Below are positions 13,354-25,676 of a stretch of 64,000 bases of DNA, piece by piece. Location of the stretch: assembly GCF_964355755.1 (NCBI RefSeq), contig NC_092675.1, positions 11,031,812 through 11,095,811 on the forward strand, given 5' to 3'. The notes below the pieces were generated by a model, which made no database searches, was not told the DNA's origin, and saw only the letters and a list, made by a program, of their open reading frames with translations. Numbering within the stretch: the stretch's first letter is position 1; each line of letters starts with the position of its first letter. Origin of the DNA: Antedon mediterranea (lineage: Eukaryota > Animalia > Echinodermata). The position numbers and the translations under genes were made by a program.

Positions 13354-14121
13354 CTTTTTAATGATGAATGTGAAATTCTAAGGAAGATTTTTAAGCGTCT
13401 GAAATATCCAGATGAACTAATAACAACAACCATACAGAACTTTAAACCAGCGGAGAGCAATAACAACACTGCAGAAGGTGAAACAGATTTATCCGAAATA
13501 CCAGTGCGAATCATCCTGCCATTCAAAGACCAGAAATCTGCGAACTCCGTCAAGCGACAACTATGCCAACTAAGTCACAAGATAAACAAAAACATTGTCC
13601 CTGTATTCATAAGTAAAAAAGTTAAAGATAACATTAGGAAAGTCGAAAAGAAACCTACTATTATAAGTCAACAATGTGTTGTGTATAAATTTAAATGTGA
13701 CTTGTGCGATGCAAGTTATGTGGGATATACATGCCGACACCTCTACCAACGCATTGTTGAACATAGTAGATGCTTAATAGGACAGCATTTGAAGGATCAT
13801 AACGTGATTGTTAATCCAAGTAAAATTAATTCATGTTTTAGTATACTTAGGAAATGCAAAAACAAATTTGACTGTCTTATCTATGAAATGTTGTATATCA
13901 GACAATTAAAACCTAGTCTGAATAAACAAAGTGACTCTGTAAAAGCTAAGCTTTTCATTTGACAAGATGTTAGACAATAGGTCTTTTGTTATTTAAACTT
14001 TGACCCTTGGCTTGTGCTACTTAATTAGTTGTTGTTTTATATTTTATTCATTGGACTTGATAATGACCCCATGATGGAGTCGAAACGTCGTTCTCTTTTA
14101 AGCGTTATTTTTATATTATGT
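13141..14121 (+). mobile_element. 5'-truncated Penelope-like retroelement (C-terminal RT thumb/linker + GIY-YIG endonuclease, ORF 13315-13962)
   Basis: Motifs CVVYKFKCDLCDASYVGYTCRHLYQRIVEH and LIYEMLYIRQLKPSLNKQ. TSD AATCTTATGTAG. Hammerhead in the 3' UTR. Confidence 0.92.
14053..14093 (+). ncRNA. Minimal Penelope-type hammerhead ribozyme with variant core (UUGAUAA)
   Basis: GGAC-TTGATAA-T-GACCCCATGATGGAGTC-GAAAC-GTC-GTTC. Stem I GGAC/GTTC, stem II GAC..GTC, palindromic ACGT stem III, GUC cleavage triplet. Confidence 0.8.
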
Positions 14122-14133
14122 AATCTTATGTAG

Positions 14134-14387
14134 GTTAGAAAAAAAGGATCAAAGAATGGGAGATCGTGCCAATATCCACGCTGTGATTGCAACGACTATA
14201 TATCAACATGCAGAGGTATGCAAGCCTCCTGGTTGGCAAAATGTGATTCATGCAAACATTCAGACAGTGATCATCGTATTCCGACTCACTTTGACTTGCT
14301 GCGTTCACATAATGCTAGACGTGCTGGAACAACGCCATGCATTGCTTGTGTATTTGATTGTCAAGGGTTTGGAAAACCAGATGATAG
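14134..14387 (+). CDS. Cys/His-repeat + WD40 gene, exon with repeat 1 and first half of repeat 2
   Basis: tgtag| ... |gtagga. VRKKGSKNGRSCQYPRCDCNDYISTCRGMQASWLAKCDSCKHSDSDHRIPTH...PCIACVFDCQGFGKPDD. The frame differs from the ORF-track call at 14156. Confidence 0.85.
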
Positions 14388-15317
14388 GTAGGATCCTTAT
14401 TTTTTTTAACTAAAACTAAACAAATCTACTGACGTTTCACAAACCAAGGCCTTATTTCACCCTCCAGCTCCTAAATACTGAATGTGCTAAGATTGCCAAG
14501 GCAGAAAATTAGACATTTAAACAAACATTTCCAGTAAGATCTACTCCAAATTTTTGTTCTTCAGAATAAAATAGTTGTAAAACCTTTTTTTGATGTAGTC
14601 ATTTTGGCAGATGGTATAAACCACAAGCGTTGTTATTGCTATATTATTGTGTTCTTTAACAAATATAAATTGGCTTATGACGACACCAAAGTTCTGAGTA
14701 CACACAGATGATTGCTACAGTCTATTGCATTGTAGTCTTTTGTCTGATCATGGTACTGAGAGAGTGATCCTATCTTTTATAATCTATGTTATCTTTCATT
14801 TTAGAAATACAGTAGAGTCATTTTATTTATAAACTAGGTAATACAATGAATGCAATTTTTAGCCCACTCTAGTATGAGCAACGGCGCCTATTTTTTTCAG
14901 AAAACCCCAGAATTTGTTATATGTATTTGCTGTATGAGTGCAATTTCCAGTCATCTAGAGGTGTAATTTTCTAAATGTTCTCATTAATGGTTGTATTTCT
15001 TATTTTGGCACGTTTGCACACGATACTGTTTGTGTAAAAGGGAAAACCCCGGTCTATACCATATTTACCATTTATTAGTGTATAATGGGGAGAAGAATAG
15101 GCCTAAATTAGATATTTTGATACGTAGGCACGAAATCAGAATAGTTGAAATGTGCTCATAAATCGATTGAAAAGACCTAACATTGTTCAGAGTGCAGAGC
15201 TTCCAGGGTGAACAGGACTTCAGAGGGAATCGCACCCTGGATCACATCGGGGCCCCTGACGAACCCTGGCCCCCAGCCAAAAATTATTCACTCCAAATTA
15301 TTCAATCTTTTATTGGT

Positions 15318-15550
15318 TCTCGCGCTTTACTCGCAAAGTGCTCAGTATTTTTTCCCCGCTCACAAAGTGCTCAATCTTTTATTTGTACCCCTCGATTCAC
15401 TCGCAATGTGTTCAATCTTTTATTGGTCTCCCTTGCGTCACTCGCAAAGTGCTCAATTTTTTACATGTCCCCCTCGCATCACTCGCAAAGTACTCCATCT
15501 TTTATTTGTCTCTCCCCCCCCCCCTAGCCTTTGAAACGGATCTGCGCCAT
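15318..15550. repeat. Degenerate tandem repeats of about 40 bp at the end of a probable hAT-type MITE remnant
   Basis: About 5 copies of CACTCGCAAAGTGCTCAATCTTTTATT-like units, then a C-run and a GGATCTGCGCCA terminus-like motif. Confidence 0.5.
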
Positions 15551-18500
15551 TCATTAGAAGAGGGCTTTAGCAGCGAGTTTTCTATGGAAACAGATCATTT
15601 ATCTTTTCTTCCATCTTTAGAATGATTTTCCACAAGCTATATAAGAGGGGCAACATCAATCAATATTTTTTTTTAAAGTCTTTTTTATGTAGTGATTTTT
15701 AGGTAGCACTGTAATGGCCTAATAGTACAAGCAACTAGGCTTACCTTATCAGTCTCGCTTTCCTAATTAATCACACAATATTCGTTAAGCCAGCCAAGGG
15801 TAAATAGTATAGGTTTGGTTCCGTGTCCAAATTCCTCTTGGTTTCCTGCTTCAAATAGACCGGATCGGGCGGCATCAAGGTCCCACTTTAACATCTGCAT
15901 ACCCCGTGTATGCAAATCAGGCTATCAGGGCAACGCCCTCATTCGGCCGAAAGGGTGGTCTGTTTACCCAGCGGGCGCCGTTAACAACACTTACATCTTA
16001 TTTTAATAGGATAGGATACAGTAGATGGATGCTTTTTTCACTCATGCTCAAATTCCATATAAATGCCTAAGTTCATGTTAACATCCTTTTGGAACAGCCA
16101 AATATGTTATGATAACATATATCATTCTTTATTATGATGTATGTGGTCTGCAAAACAATAGACAAAAATAAAAATTTGCTGACAAAATCAGTGTCATTAC
16201 CTGTACTTTACATGCCTAGGCCTACACATCAATATATGTTCTAGGATTGCATAGTCATGTTGTCTTATAGGGATAACGATGCAAAATTAAAACCAAATTA
16301 AACATTATCTGTTAGTATGTTGTATTAATGTTACAATAAAGAAAGAATTACGAAAATCTGACTTGTAGTTTTCGAAATATAGGGTCTAAAACATCGCCAA
16401 AAGTGATTGTTTTTAGCCACGAAAAAAAGTAAAACAATTTGCGGCCTCAGTTGGTTAAAATAATTACATATAATTACGTTTTTAGTAATTTATTTTATAT
16501 ATCGCCATTGGAAATATCAATAAAACATGTTATTAAATGCTTATAAAATATATAAAGTTGTTTAATTAACGGAATTTGGACAAATTCATTGCTCTAACTT
16601 TGTGTAGTACCGATCAGAGAGACCATGTGACTTTATCGTAAACGCGCAAGAAAAAACATTCCGCTGCCGGTGATTCGCATTCATCAATAAAATCAGCCAG
16701 AATCCAAAATCATTCAACCGTGAGCAATGCCAATCCCGGGAAAGCCCAGCTTTGATTACCTTACGATGACATCATATCACAAAATGGTGGTTTTGTAGTT
16801 GAGCCTCGCGGAATATTCTGTTCCAAAAATGAAATACATGGATATTTTTTATGGTATGTGTGCTTTTTCTTTAAAAAATTTGAATAATAAAGGCCTCATA
16901 TTGAGAAAAAACCAGGGCTTTTGGCACTTATAATAAATATATTTTAGAGAAAAAAGCACATGGCATGTGGAACTATATAATCTTAGCGTAGGAAGACATA
17001 CAAATCCCAGGTCATGAGAGGATCAATAGACCGGGCGCCCGAAAGATTTATTCATGTGAAAAGATACAAAAGGTTTGATGATGTAGTTAGGTGCGTGGGC
17101 GAGATGCAATATTCGACATTGCTGCCGGGTCACAGCCTGTACATGGGGCCTGTGGGGATCATAACATATGGGGGTAAAAATGCATTTATTCATGTGAAGC
17201 GATACAAGGATAAACTTTTTTGGAAATCGTTCGCAGTGGGCTACTAATAATTACATCACCAATGACAGCAACTTTTTAGGGCCACGCCCAAATGGGTTTA
17301 TTCATGTAAAGTGATACAAGGTTGAATCTTTTTTTAATGGCAGCAGTACATATTGGGGATGACAAAAACACCAATGACAGCAACTTTATCCTGTACATAA
17401 GCTCAGACAGCAGCCCTAAAGGTCCGCAGTTTCCCCCTATTCGGCTATATACTCGGCGCGTACGTCTTCTTATGGCGTTCAGCTGAGTTAGAAATACGTG
17501 ATATGGACTCGGACTGACAATAAATACACAGTAGAATGCTAAAACAATAAATAAAGAGAGCAGTTGTTTCCTGTACCAAATCATCAAACATCAAACTCTT
17601 AGGAACTCGCCCAAAATGGGTTTATCCATGAAGTATGAATCATTTTTGAAAAAATGTTTTTTTTTCTATTTATCCGGTACACAGCAGCTCAAATGCCCGA
17701 GGCTCCATTCGTGATCAACAATGTTGATAATACAAACACATTCACGAATAACGAGTGACTTTTATTTTATAATTGAAATATATCTTTATTTTGGAATAAT
17801 AAATAACATCAACAAAAACACTTAAAATAACCAACAGCAGATTTGTATTTTAGGGTAACATTTTGAACAATCAATATTATATCAAAATCATTATTTCGAT
17901 CAAAATAATATAATTTTAAGAATATTTTTCAGATAAACTAAATAATTACACTCATAATGATCGACACCGGTACCGATTATTGTACATTATTATTATAACT
18001 CAATTTAAATATTGTATTGATTACACACTAGACACTAGTGATATGTCTATATGAAAAAAGGCAACGAAATCTAAATTTGCAACATTTTTTAACATAACAT
18101 AAGATAATAGTAAAGTAAATAATAGTTCGAATTCAACATAAACAGAATTGGTAAGGTATAGATTAGACTATCGATTGCACCCTATTTCTGTATTTTTAAC
18201 TCAATTTAAATTAAAAAAAGTAACCGTTTTCATGTGAATTAAACTGATAAAAACCAACAAAAAACTTAATGTGCCAACATTTTAAACATCGTTACTTGTC
18301 CATAATGGATCGACTACTGTATCGATTACTGCACGTTGTTTTACTTTAACTGAACCAAAGTCAAATTTTTAATTGTTACTGTACTAACATTAGACAGTGA
18401 TATCTGATAAAAGGCAACATTGTCACGAAACCTTGCCAATTTAGTTATACAGAAAACAATTACAAATTACTTTAAGAGCTTCTATCGTTATTTTAATTAT

Positions 18501-19308
18501 TTTTTTTCCTTTTCTTTTAAACATTTATACCTCAGGCTCAAACGAGCATTCATATGAAGTTTCACATTTAACCATTCAATAATATCTAATAAATAAATAC
18601 CCGTTAACAATAAACACATAAATAAATATCTTACAAGCTCCCTTTACTCCCTCAATTATCTCTAGAGATGGCCTTTACCCCTTTCCTAATACTCAAAACC
18701 CAATTAAATACAATAAACAAATAAATGAATACAACAATAAATAAATAATTACTTCTATTCCAAATACACTCTACCCTAATTCCCCTATACGTATACTTGC
18801 ATCATCGTTACACTTCACAATATTATTCAATTAATTTCATCCTATAAATCTCGAATTACCCTCTTAAATTACTATCCCCATTCCCTATGATCCAATTAAT
18901 ACAACACTTTCTCTATCTCGTCTTATATACTTCGATTATCTTCTAATATATTTTAGCCACTAATTTAATCAATTTGTCTTATTTATGTTCGTTTCTTTTT
19001 CACATAATTATATAATACTCGTTAATTCATAATTCAGTATCTATTCCATATTTATAATAACAAAACTTTGTTTCACACTATTTCTTAAATTCGTACGTTA
19101 TTCTATTCTTTTCCACACATATAATATTCGTTATTTCATAATTCATCTATCTATTCCATATATATAATTACAATAAAGTTGTTTCACAATATTTCTTAAA
19201 TTCATATACTATTCTATTCTTTTCCACACATATAATATTTGTTATTTCATAATTCATCTATCTATTCCATATATATAATTACAATAAGTTTACACGTTGA
19301 TAATGCCA

Positions 19309-19918
19309 TGTAAGTTCCAATCAGGTGGCTATTTCACACACCAGTAGCCGTTGTATATAACATTCCACGCATTATTTCTGTAACCATCCTTCTTTTCTTT
19401 AACGTCTTTCTTTAATGTCTCCAATTCAATGGTGTGTCGTACTAGTAGTAAGTTTTTCCTTTCCGTCTCGTTCAATTCCAATATCGTTACTATTCCGTAC
19501 TCTGGTTGTGTTGTGTTCTGGTTGCCAGAGTCCTTTAGTTATAAATTCAATTAGTCAATCTGTTCTTCAATGTAGCCTATCACTCAATTAACAGTCGTAA
19601 AAAGAGACCTCAGATTAGAAATTAAAGAGTTATTTATTACAAGACTACAATATCGCTGAAGTGTGCATCAAATATCTATATCTCTTACTTTGTGGTTTTC
19701 TTTATTTTCTCCGCTTAGCAACTTATCAATACAACAATAGTAGTTTGCCACACCCAATCAAGAAATGCAACACTCAGCTTACTCCCAACTCCTTGTTTCA
19801 ACCTCGCGCCGTTCCCGCACACACTTTATATACCAACCCATCATCCAATAAGAGACCGCTACGCATGAATGACCCCCTCATACGGTACAATGGAACAAAA
19901 ATTAAATCACTTGTGACA
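19309..19918 (-). mobile_element. Probable 5' LTR of an LTR retrotransposon, with leader remnant (about 18480-19308), inside the Academ element
   Basis: The minus strand starts TGTCAC and ends TTACA, directly followed by TGGCA (PBS-like). TATAAA and AATAAA occur in the expected order. About 113-bp tandem repeats in the leader (19005-19290). Confidence 0.55.
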
Positions 19919-20701
19919 CTATACTTATAAAAAATTTTATTTTTTTATTATTCAATCACTTTTATGTTGGTTCGGTGGGGTTTGCTATGGTTTTTTGGAG
20001 GTTTGCGGGGTTTACCAATCATTTTTGACCAAAAAATGATGTTTTACCCCAAAAATAAGTTGTTAAATGTAGAAATTTAATTTTTTTTTTACATTGATAT
20101 ACCCAGTGGGTTGTACACTACATGATTCAATCACTTTTATGTTGGTTCGATGGGGTTTGCTATGTTTTTTTGGAGGTTTGCGGGGGTTTGCGGGGTTTGC
20201 GGTGTTTAGCAATATCCGTAATATCTGATAAAAGGCAACATTAATAATACTGGACCAAATTAAATATCGTTACTTATCCACAATGGATCGACTACTGTAT
20301 TGATTATTGCACATTATTTTTCTCTAACTGAACCCAGGTCGAATATTTTACATGCAGTGTAACTATCGACACACTGTAAAAGCACAATTGAGCAAAGACA
20401 TCGAGGTTACTGGCTCTATGCATCAAATAACTGAATATTGTACATTCATCATATTCCATTACTAGCTTAACAGAATACACGATATAATAAAACCAATAGC
20501 GTCATTTATAAATTTGATTATATCACACTGTAATGATACTGGATTCTTCTTGCCAACTATCTATGGATCAAATAGTTCAGTATTTATATTTGATATATTA
20601 TACAATATTTACCGGTACTTCAAAACTGTACTTCAAAAATGTTTTATGTAAACGATTAAAAACTATTAAATCAGCCGTAATGCATAATCTTTTGAGTTTC
20701 T

Positions 20702-23700
20702 CTATTCGTCATCATCACAGTCACTTTCACTGTCATCACTCCAAGGTTGGTCATCATTGATTTCAGCTTCAAAATCTATTATTTCAAGTTCTTCATCATC
20801 ACTTTCTTCCAATATCCCTGCATCAGTATCGTCAAGTACTGTGTTTGATTCAGCACTTTGTTTCGAGTGTGGATCACTAGTCAACGTATCTGGTAGAGCA
20901 TTTCCATCAAACCATTTAGGTACATACCTTCCATCACCATTATCAACCCATCCATAGTTTAGTGGGTGTAGGTTTTGTGTTGGCTGAGGAGTATGAGCGT
21001 GTCTCCACATAATAGATACATAGTTTGCCCTCAACAGATTCTGGGTGAGTGTGATTTCACATGGTGACAATGACGAACAGTTGATCTTCTTGACTTTCTT
21101 CTTTCCAGTTGTCATTTTGCGAAACGATTGGTACCTGGCCTCATTAATACTATTAATGCTTTTAAACCCATCTTGCATACATAGGCAGTGACTGCGGGTT
21201 TTTCCATCCTGTCACCACAAAGCGATCGCAATGCAGCAACATGTTTCTTGTCCTTCACTAAATATGTAAATGGGATTGACTTGCCTTTGCGGTAAAATGC
21301 CGAAGTGAAATCACACCTAGTGAGTGCGTGAAATGCAATGAGCGCCTCACTTAATCCATCCTGCTTCTCTTCGAGATCTCTGGACACTGCTGACACATTA
21401 ATCATACGTCGGTTGTTTGCCGACCCATAGTCAATTAGGATAGTACCTTGACTTTTTGCTGCAAGACCTATTAGAACGACGAGGACATCTGTATCCGATG
21501 ATCAGATATTTATGTTCCCGTCAGTTAGATAAGCGTGGAATCCTAGCAGCGTGTCTGCCTCTTTATGGTCCCCTTGGAATGCTGTTGGTTTGTCTACTAT
21601 TAACTTCCCGACTAAGTTTACCTTGAGTCTGACGTACTTTCCACCATACGATACATATAACGTCTTTCTCCTAACAATCTCTGCATAATGCTGGTTGGTT
21701 ATCTCACGTAGAATGTACTGGGCAAATGCGTCTTTAAATTCCCCATTTTTTAGCAGCTCCGTACCTTTCTTGTGTTGTTGTTGCACTGCCCCGGTTATTG
21801 TGAACGTGGATCCGGTATCTTCCGTTCCTCTCTTATGCCTTTCCACATCTTTTATAGATGGAGTAACATACTTGTCTAGAAGTAGATGGACAGAATTTCC
21901 AGCAGCTGAGCATACCTTGATCATGATATCTGTAATTATTTTGCCATATGTGGATGAATTGTCCATTTCAAGTCCATTATCGAAAAGTATTGCGTCGATC
22001 ACCGGATCTGGGATGTCATTCTGATTTGGTATTTGCGACTCTAAAATCTTGGTAAGCGTTGCCTTCTCTGTTTTTGTCGGAGTACCATCAGTATGTGCGA
22101 TTGAAAGCGGTTTATCAGTGATAGGGAAGCACAGGACCTAGTGTAAATCAATGATAGTCATTGAAAGTAAATATCCAAATGCGTCACAAACACCCTCAGC
22201 AGCTCCAAGAGCCTTTTTGTCTTTAGATGGTTTGATCTTCATGTTTGCAGCAGCAAGATTTCGAACCTTTACACGCTTGACCGTCTTCAATAATCTTGTG
22301 TCGTTTGCCATACACTCCTTGTGAAATACATGCCTTAGCTTTGCTCCTCGCTGCAGTGTATCGAGTAGATACAAACGGGTATCCGGATTAGCAGACTTCC
22401 CTGTGGCAATGTTGAGCAATTTGGTTGGTGCTTCAACAGCAAACGGATTACATGTGTTGTGTAGCATGCCTAGTAGATTATTTACATCGCGGTTATCCCG
22501 TTCAATCCTCCGCTTACGTAACTGGTTAGCTGGGGTTTCACCAGGCTGGATGCCACACATATCCTTCATCTCAGATACAGCCATACTACGTTGAGTAAGA
22601 CAAACACACCAACGGCGAAATGCGCTAGCCGAATTAAAAAAAGAGGTTATTCACTTGCCGAAGATGCGGCGTCCCTGTTAACCGTTTGCTCTAGGGATAT
22701 ATCGATTGCACTTCTGGAGTATGTCTTTGTGGTTCTTCAGGTCGAGAAAGTACCAGCCTCTGGTTCGATGTGCTTTAGCTTTTCTACATACAGTGTCCCC
22801 CATCTTGCGTAATTTGGCCTGTTTAAACCAAAAAACACTTAAATCAGCGATTTCCATGTATAGGTCCACATTATTTGTCTTCACAGCACGCTGTAATTCG
22901 CGATATTGCCCAAAATGCTGCTATTTCGCCAAGTTCACCTTTGATAGTACGATGGAAGAAATCTTCATAGTCAGCAACCATCTTTTGGAAATTCTGACTT
23001 TCGGCAATCTCGCGTTGGGCCTCGATGTCCTCATTTGGTACTGCTCGAATCGTTTTAATGACTTCATCATGCTCATGAACGTGGTCGATGTCATTGTTAA
23101 GAAATTGTTCAAACAATGCCTTTTCAAGTGCCATTGCACTCAGTTGATGAATTTGAGTACATCTGTTGTATAGCTTTCCATGTATGAAACCGTTTAGTGA
23201 ACCTTCTGTAAGTATATATTTCAGGCCAGAATCTGCAATGTATGTTCCAACAGCTCCGAAAAATGCCAATTCAATGTGGTCGTATGTGACAGGATGGTAA
23301 GACATTCCTGTTTCATCTGCAATCTTTAGCGATCGAACCATAGTCTCTTGTACAACATCATTCCTCGTAGGAGGTTGAGAAATTGGATCCATGTAGGCAA
23401 TAACAGTGAGAGGCAGTGGGTCATTAATGAATTGAGAGTAAACCCCATTGAATAGGGGAAGTTGTTCGTTAAGTGATTTAGCTAGCCACATAAAATCAAG
23501 GTGCTTTGTCCTTATAGCAGAATATGTTATGTCGGATTCATTCATCGAGTCTTGATTAGTACTTTCAAATTGGAATGTAGCCAGTTTCAGATTTGTATAG
23601 AACGGCGGTACGGTCTTCTCTGCTCCATCAAATTTTCTTCTAGGTCTTCCAACAACTGAAGTGACTGGTGCCTCATCTATAATGGGTTGCTGTTGGATTA

Positions 23701-24140
23701 CATTTTGATAGGCGATAACGACTGTGACATGGAGTTTACCATGATGTTTACCATCCAGTGTTTCCATGTTTAGATCGTAATTGTCGCATGCAGTTCCTGT
23801 GATAGATAAATAGTTTATTATCATACTATATTCATTGAACTCAAATCAACAAAGCATACATATTTAAATAATCCATGAGAAAAATAATAGTACTCATCAT
23901 TTATCAATTATTTATTAACACTTACCTGTAGCCAATATTCGTTGCAAGAGCAGGCCAGCTGGTGTCTCTAATTTTGAGGATGCGCATGTGTAGGCGATCT
24001 CCGTCTCTAAACGTTTACACTCATCTTAACTAATGGTGTGACTAAGTCTATTCAGAACTTTGATTGCTCCTTTGGATCCAATCATTGATGATAGGCCAAG
24101 CCCCAATGAAGTACTTTTCCATGGCCTAACAGACAGACAA
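20702..24140 (-). pseudogene. AcademX transposase / XPG(FEN1)-like nuclease pseudogene, frameshifted, N-terminus deleted, with one spliceosomal intron
   Basis: Motifs ACDNYDLNMETLDG..LHVTVVIAYQN, VTYD..HIELAFFGAVG, CNPF..LLNIATGK, HKEADT, SDTDVLV, FHALTRCDFTSAFYRKGK, RANYVSIMW..PLNYGW..PKWFDG. Several stops and frameshifts. Confidence 0.8.
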
Positions 24141-25676
24141 ATAAGATTCAACCTCGTATCGCTTCACATGAATAAAGAGGGAGCTGGTCAGCTGCAGCCA
24201 TTTTGCTTTTACCATGCTGCCGTTTTTATAACAATCTTCCTCCATTTTGGTGTCTTTTAACTCTTGTTTAATTGTTTCCGTTGTAATTTGTTTTTATTGT
24301 GTTACGTGATGTCAAGCCAAGTTTGTACTGTTGTTGTTTGCCGTTCTGCTGAATTGATATAAGCCTAGGCCTAAGCACTACCTGACCATCGAAAACAGGA
24401 GTTACGCCCGACCGGTAAAAGTGGCATATCGCCCTACAACTACTATTAAAAAAGTTTAGCCTAGCATGATCGTCGAGAGCTTGAACATGTGTGTCCGGTA
24501 TACCGAAAGTGAACTATTAGGGATTAATCCAGCAAAGATAATTAATGGACAACCAAGATTAAACAACAGTAATAATATTTACGAACTGTCGGATATTTTG
24601 TTCAGACATTTAAAATGTTTAGGCATCTTGAATATGAATAGATCGCGCAGAGGAGGTAAAAGAACAAGAAGACATAGGCCTATAACTGCTATTATTACTC
24701 GTAGAAAACTCGCTTTATACAAGCCAAAGAGGAGCTGCTGGCTAAGAAAAATTACGCTTCGAACTAACTCGCGCCTAGAAGATACCGGTAACAATAGACA
24801 ACATTTCCATCATGCTCTCCCGTGTCACTTGTCTACAGACTGGATGAACTTGAGGTGCTTATCCGACAACATAACATTGATATTGCAGTCATCACTGAAA
24901 CGTGGCAAACTAAACATCGAACCGACAAAAGAGGTGGTGGCGTTGCCATCTACATAAGAGCTAATATTGCATCAAAAAATCTATCTAATATTATAGTTCC
25001 TGAAGAACTCGAATGCCTTTGGATTTTTGCTACTGTAGGCCAAAACGACTGCCAAGATCAGTTTCGACAATCATCATATGCGCTGTTTATATACCTCCTA
25101 GTTCGCCTAATCAAACCCTACTAATGGATCATATTACGCAATCAGTTGACACATTAAAACTTGTTCATCCTGATGCTGGCTTTATAATTTTAGGTGATTT
25201 AAACAGAACTAATGTTGAGCCAATTTGTCGATCTCACAATCTAAAACAAATAGTCAAGGAACCTACTCGAGGAGATGGGGTGCTTGATCTTATTGTGACC
25301 AATCTAAAAAGTCAATACGACTGTCCAAAGATTTATTCACCAATGGGCACCAGTGATCACAATGTGATAGTCCTATCACCGAAAAGAATCCTAATCAAGC
25401 CTGATCCTAAATCAGTGAAAAAAAAGATAACGCAACCCATGAAGGCAGCGGATATCCAAAGATTCGGTCAATGGATTACGACTTACAATTGGTCTGATGT
25501 ATATAATTGTGATAGTGTTGAAGATAAAACATCTATGTTTTATGAAAGCTTAAATGTTGCGATTGATTACTACTTTCCAAAAAAATCAGTAAAAATGCAT
25601 GTGCGTGATCGACCATGGATGACACCTGCAATCAAGAATCTGATAAAAAAGCGCCAGCAAGCTTTTGCGACCAGAG

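Noticed and set aside
14156-14413. ORF-track 85-aa protein MGDRANIH...
   Set aside because: Wrong frame. The overlapping frame from 14134 gives the Cys/His repeat and fits the splice phases.
15183-15625. Three overlapping ORFs of 95-114 aa
   Set aside because: They arise from low-complexity tandem repeats in a MITE remnant.
24177-24465. HDV-like ribozyme at the LINE 5' end
   Set aside because: I could not build the nested double pseudoknot by eye.
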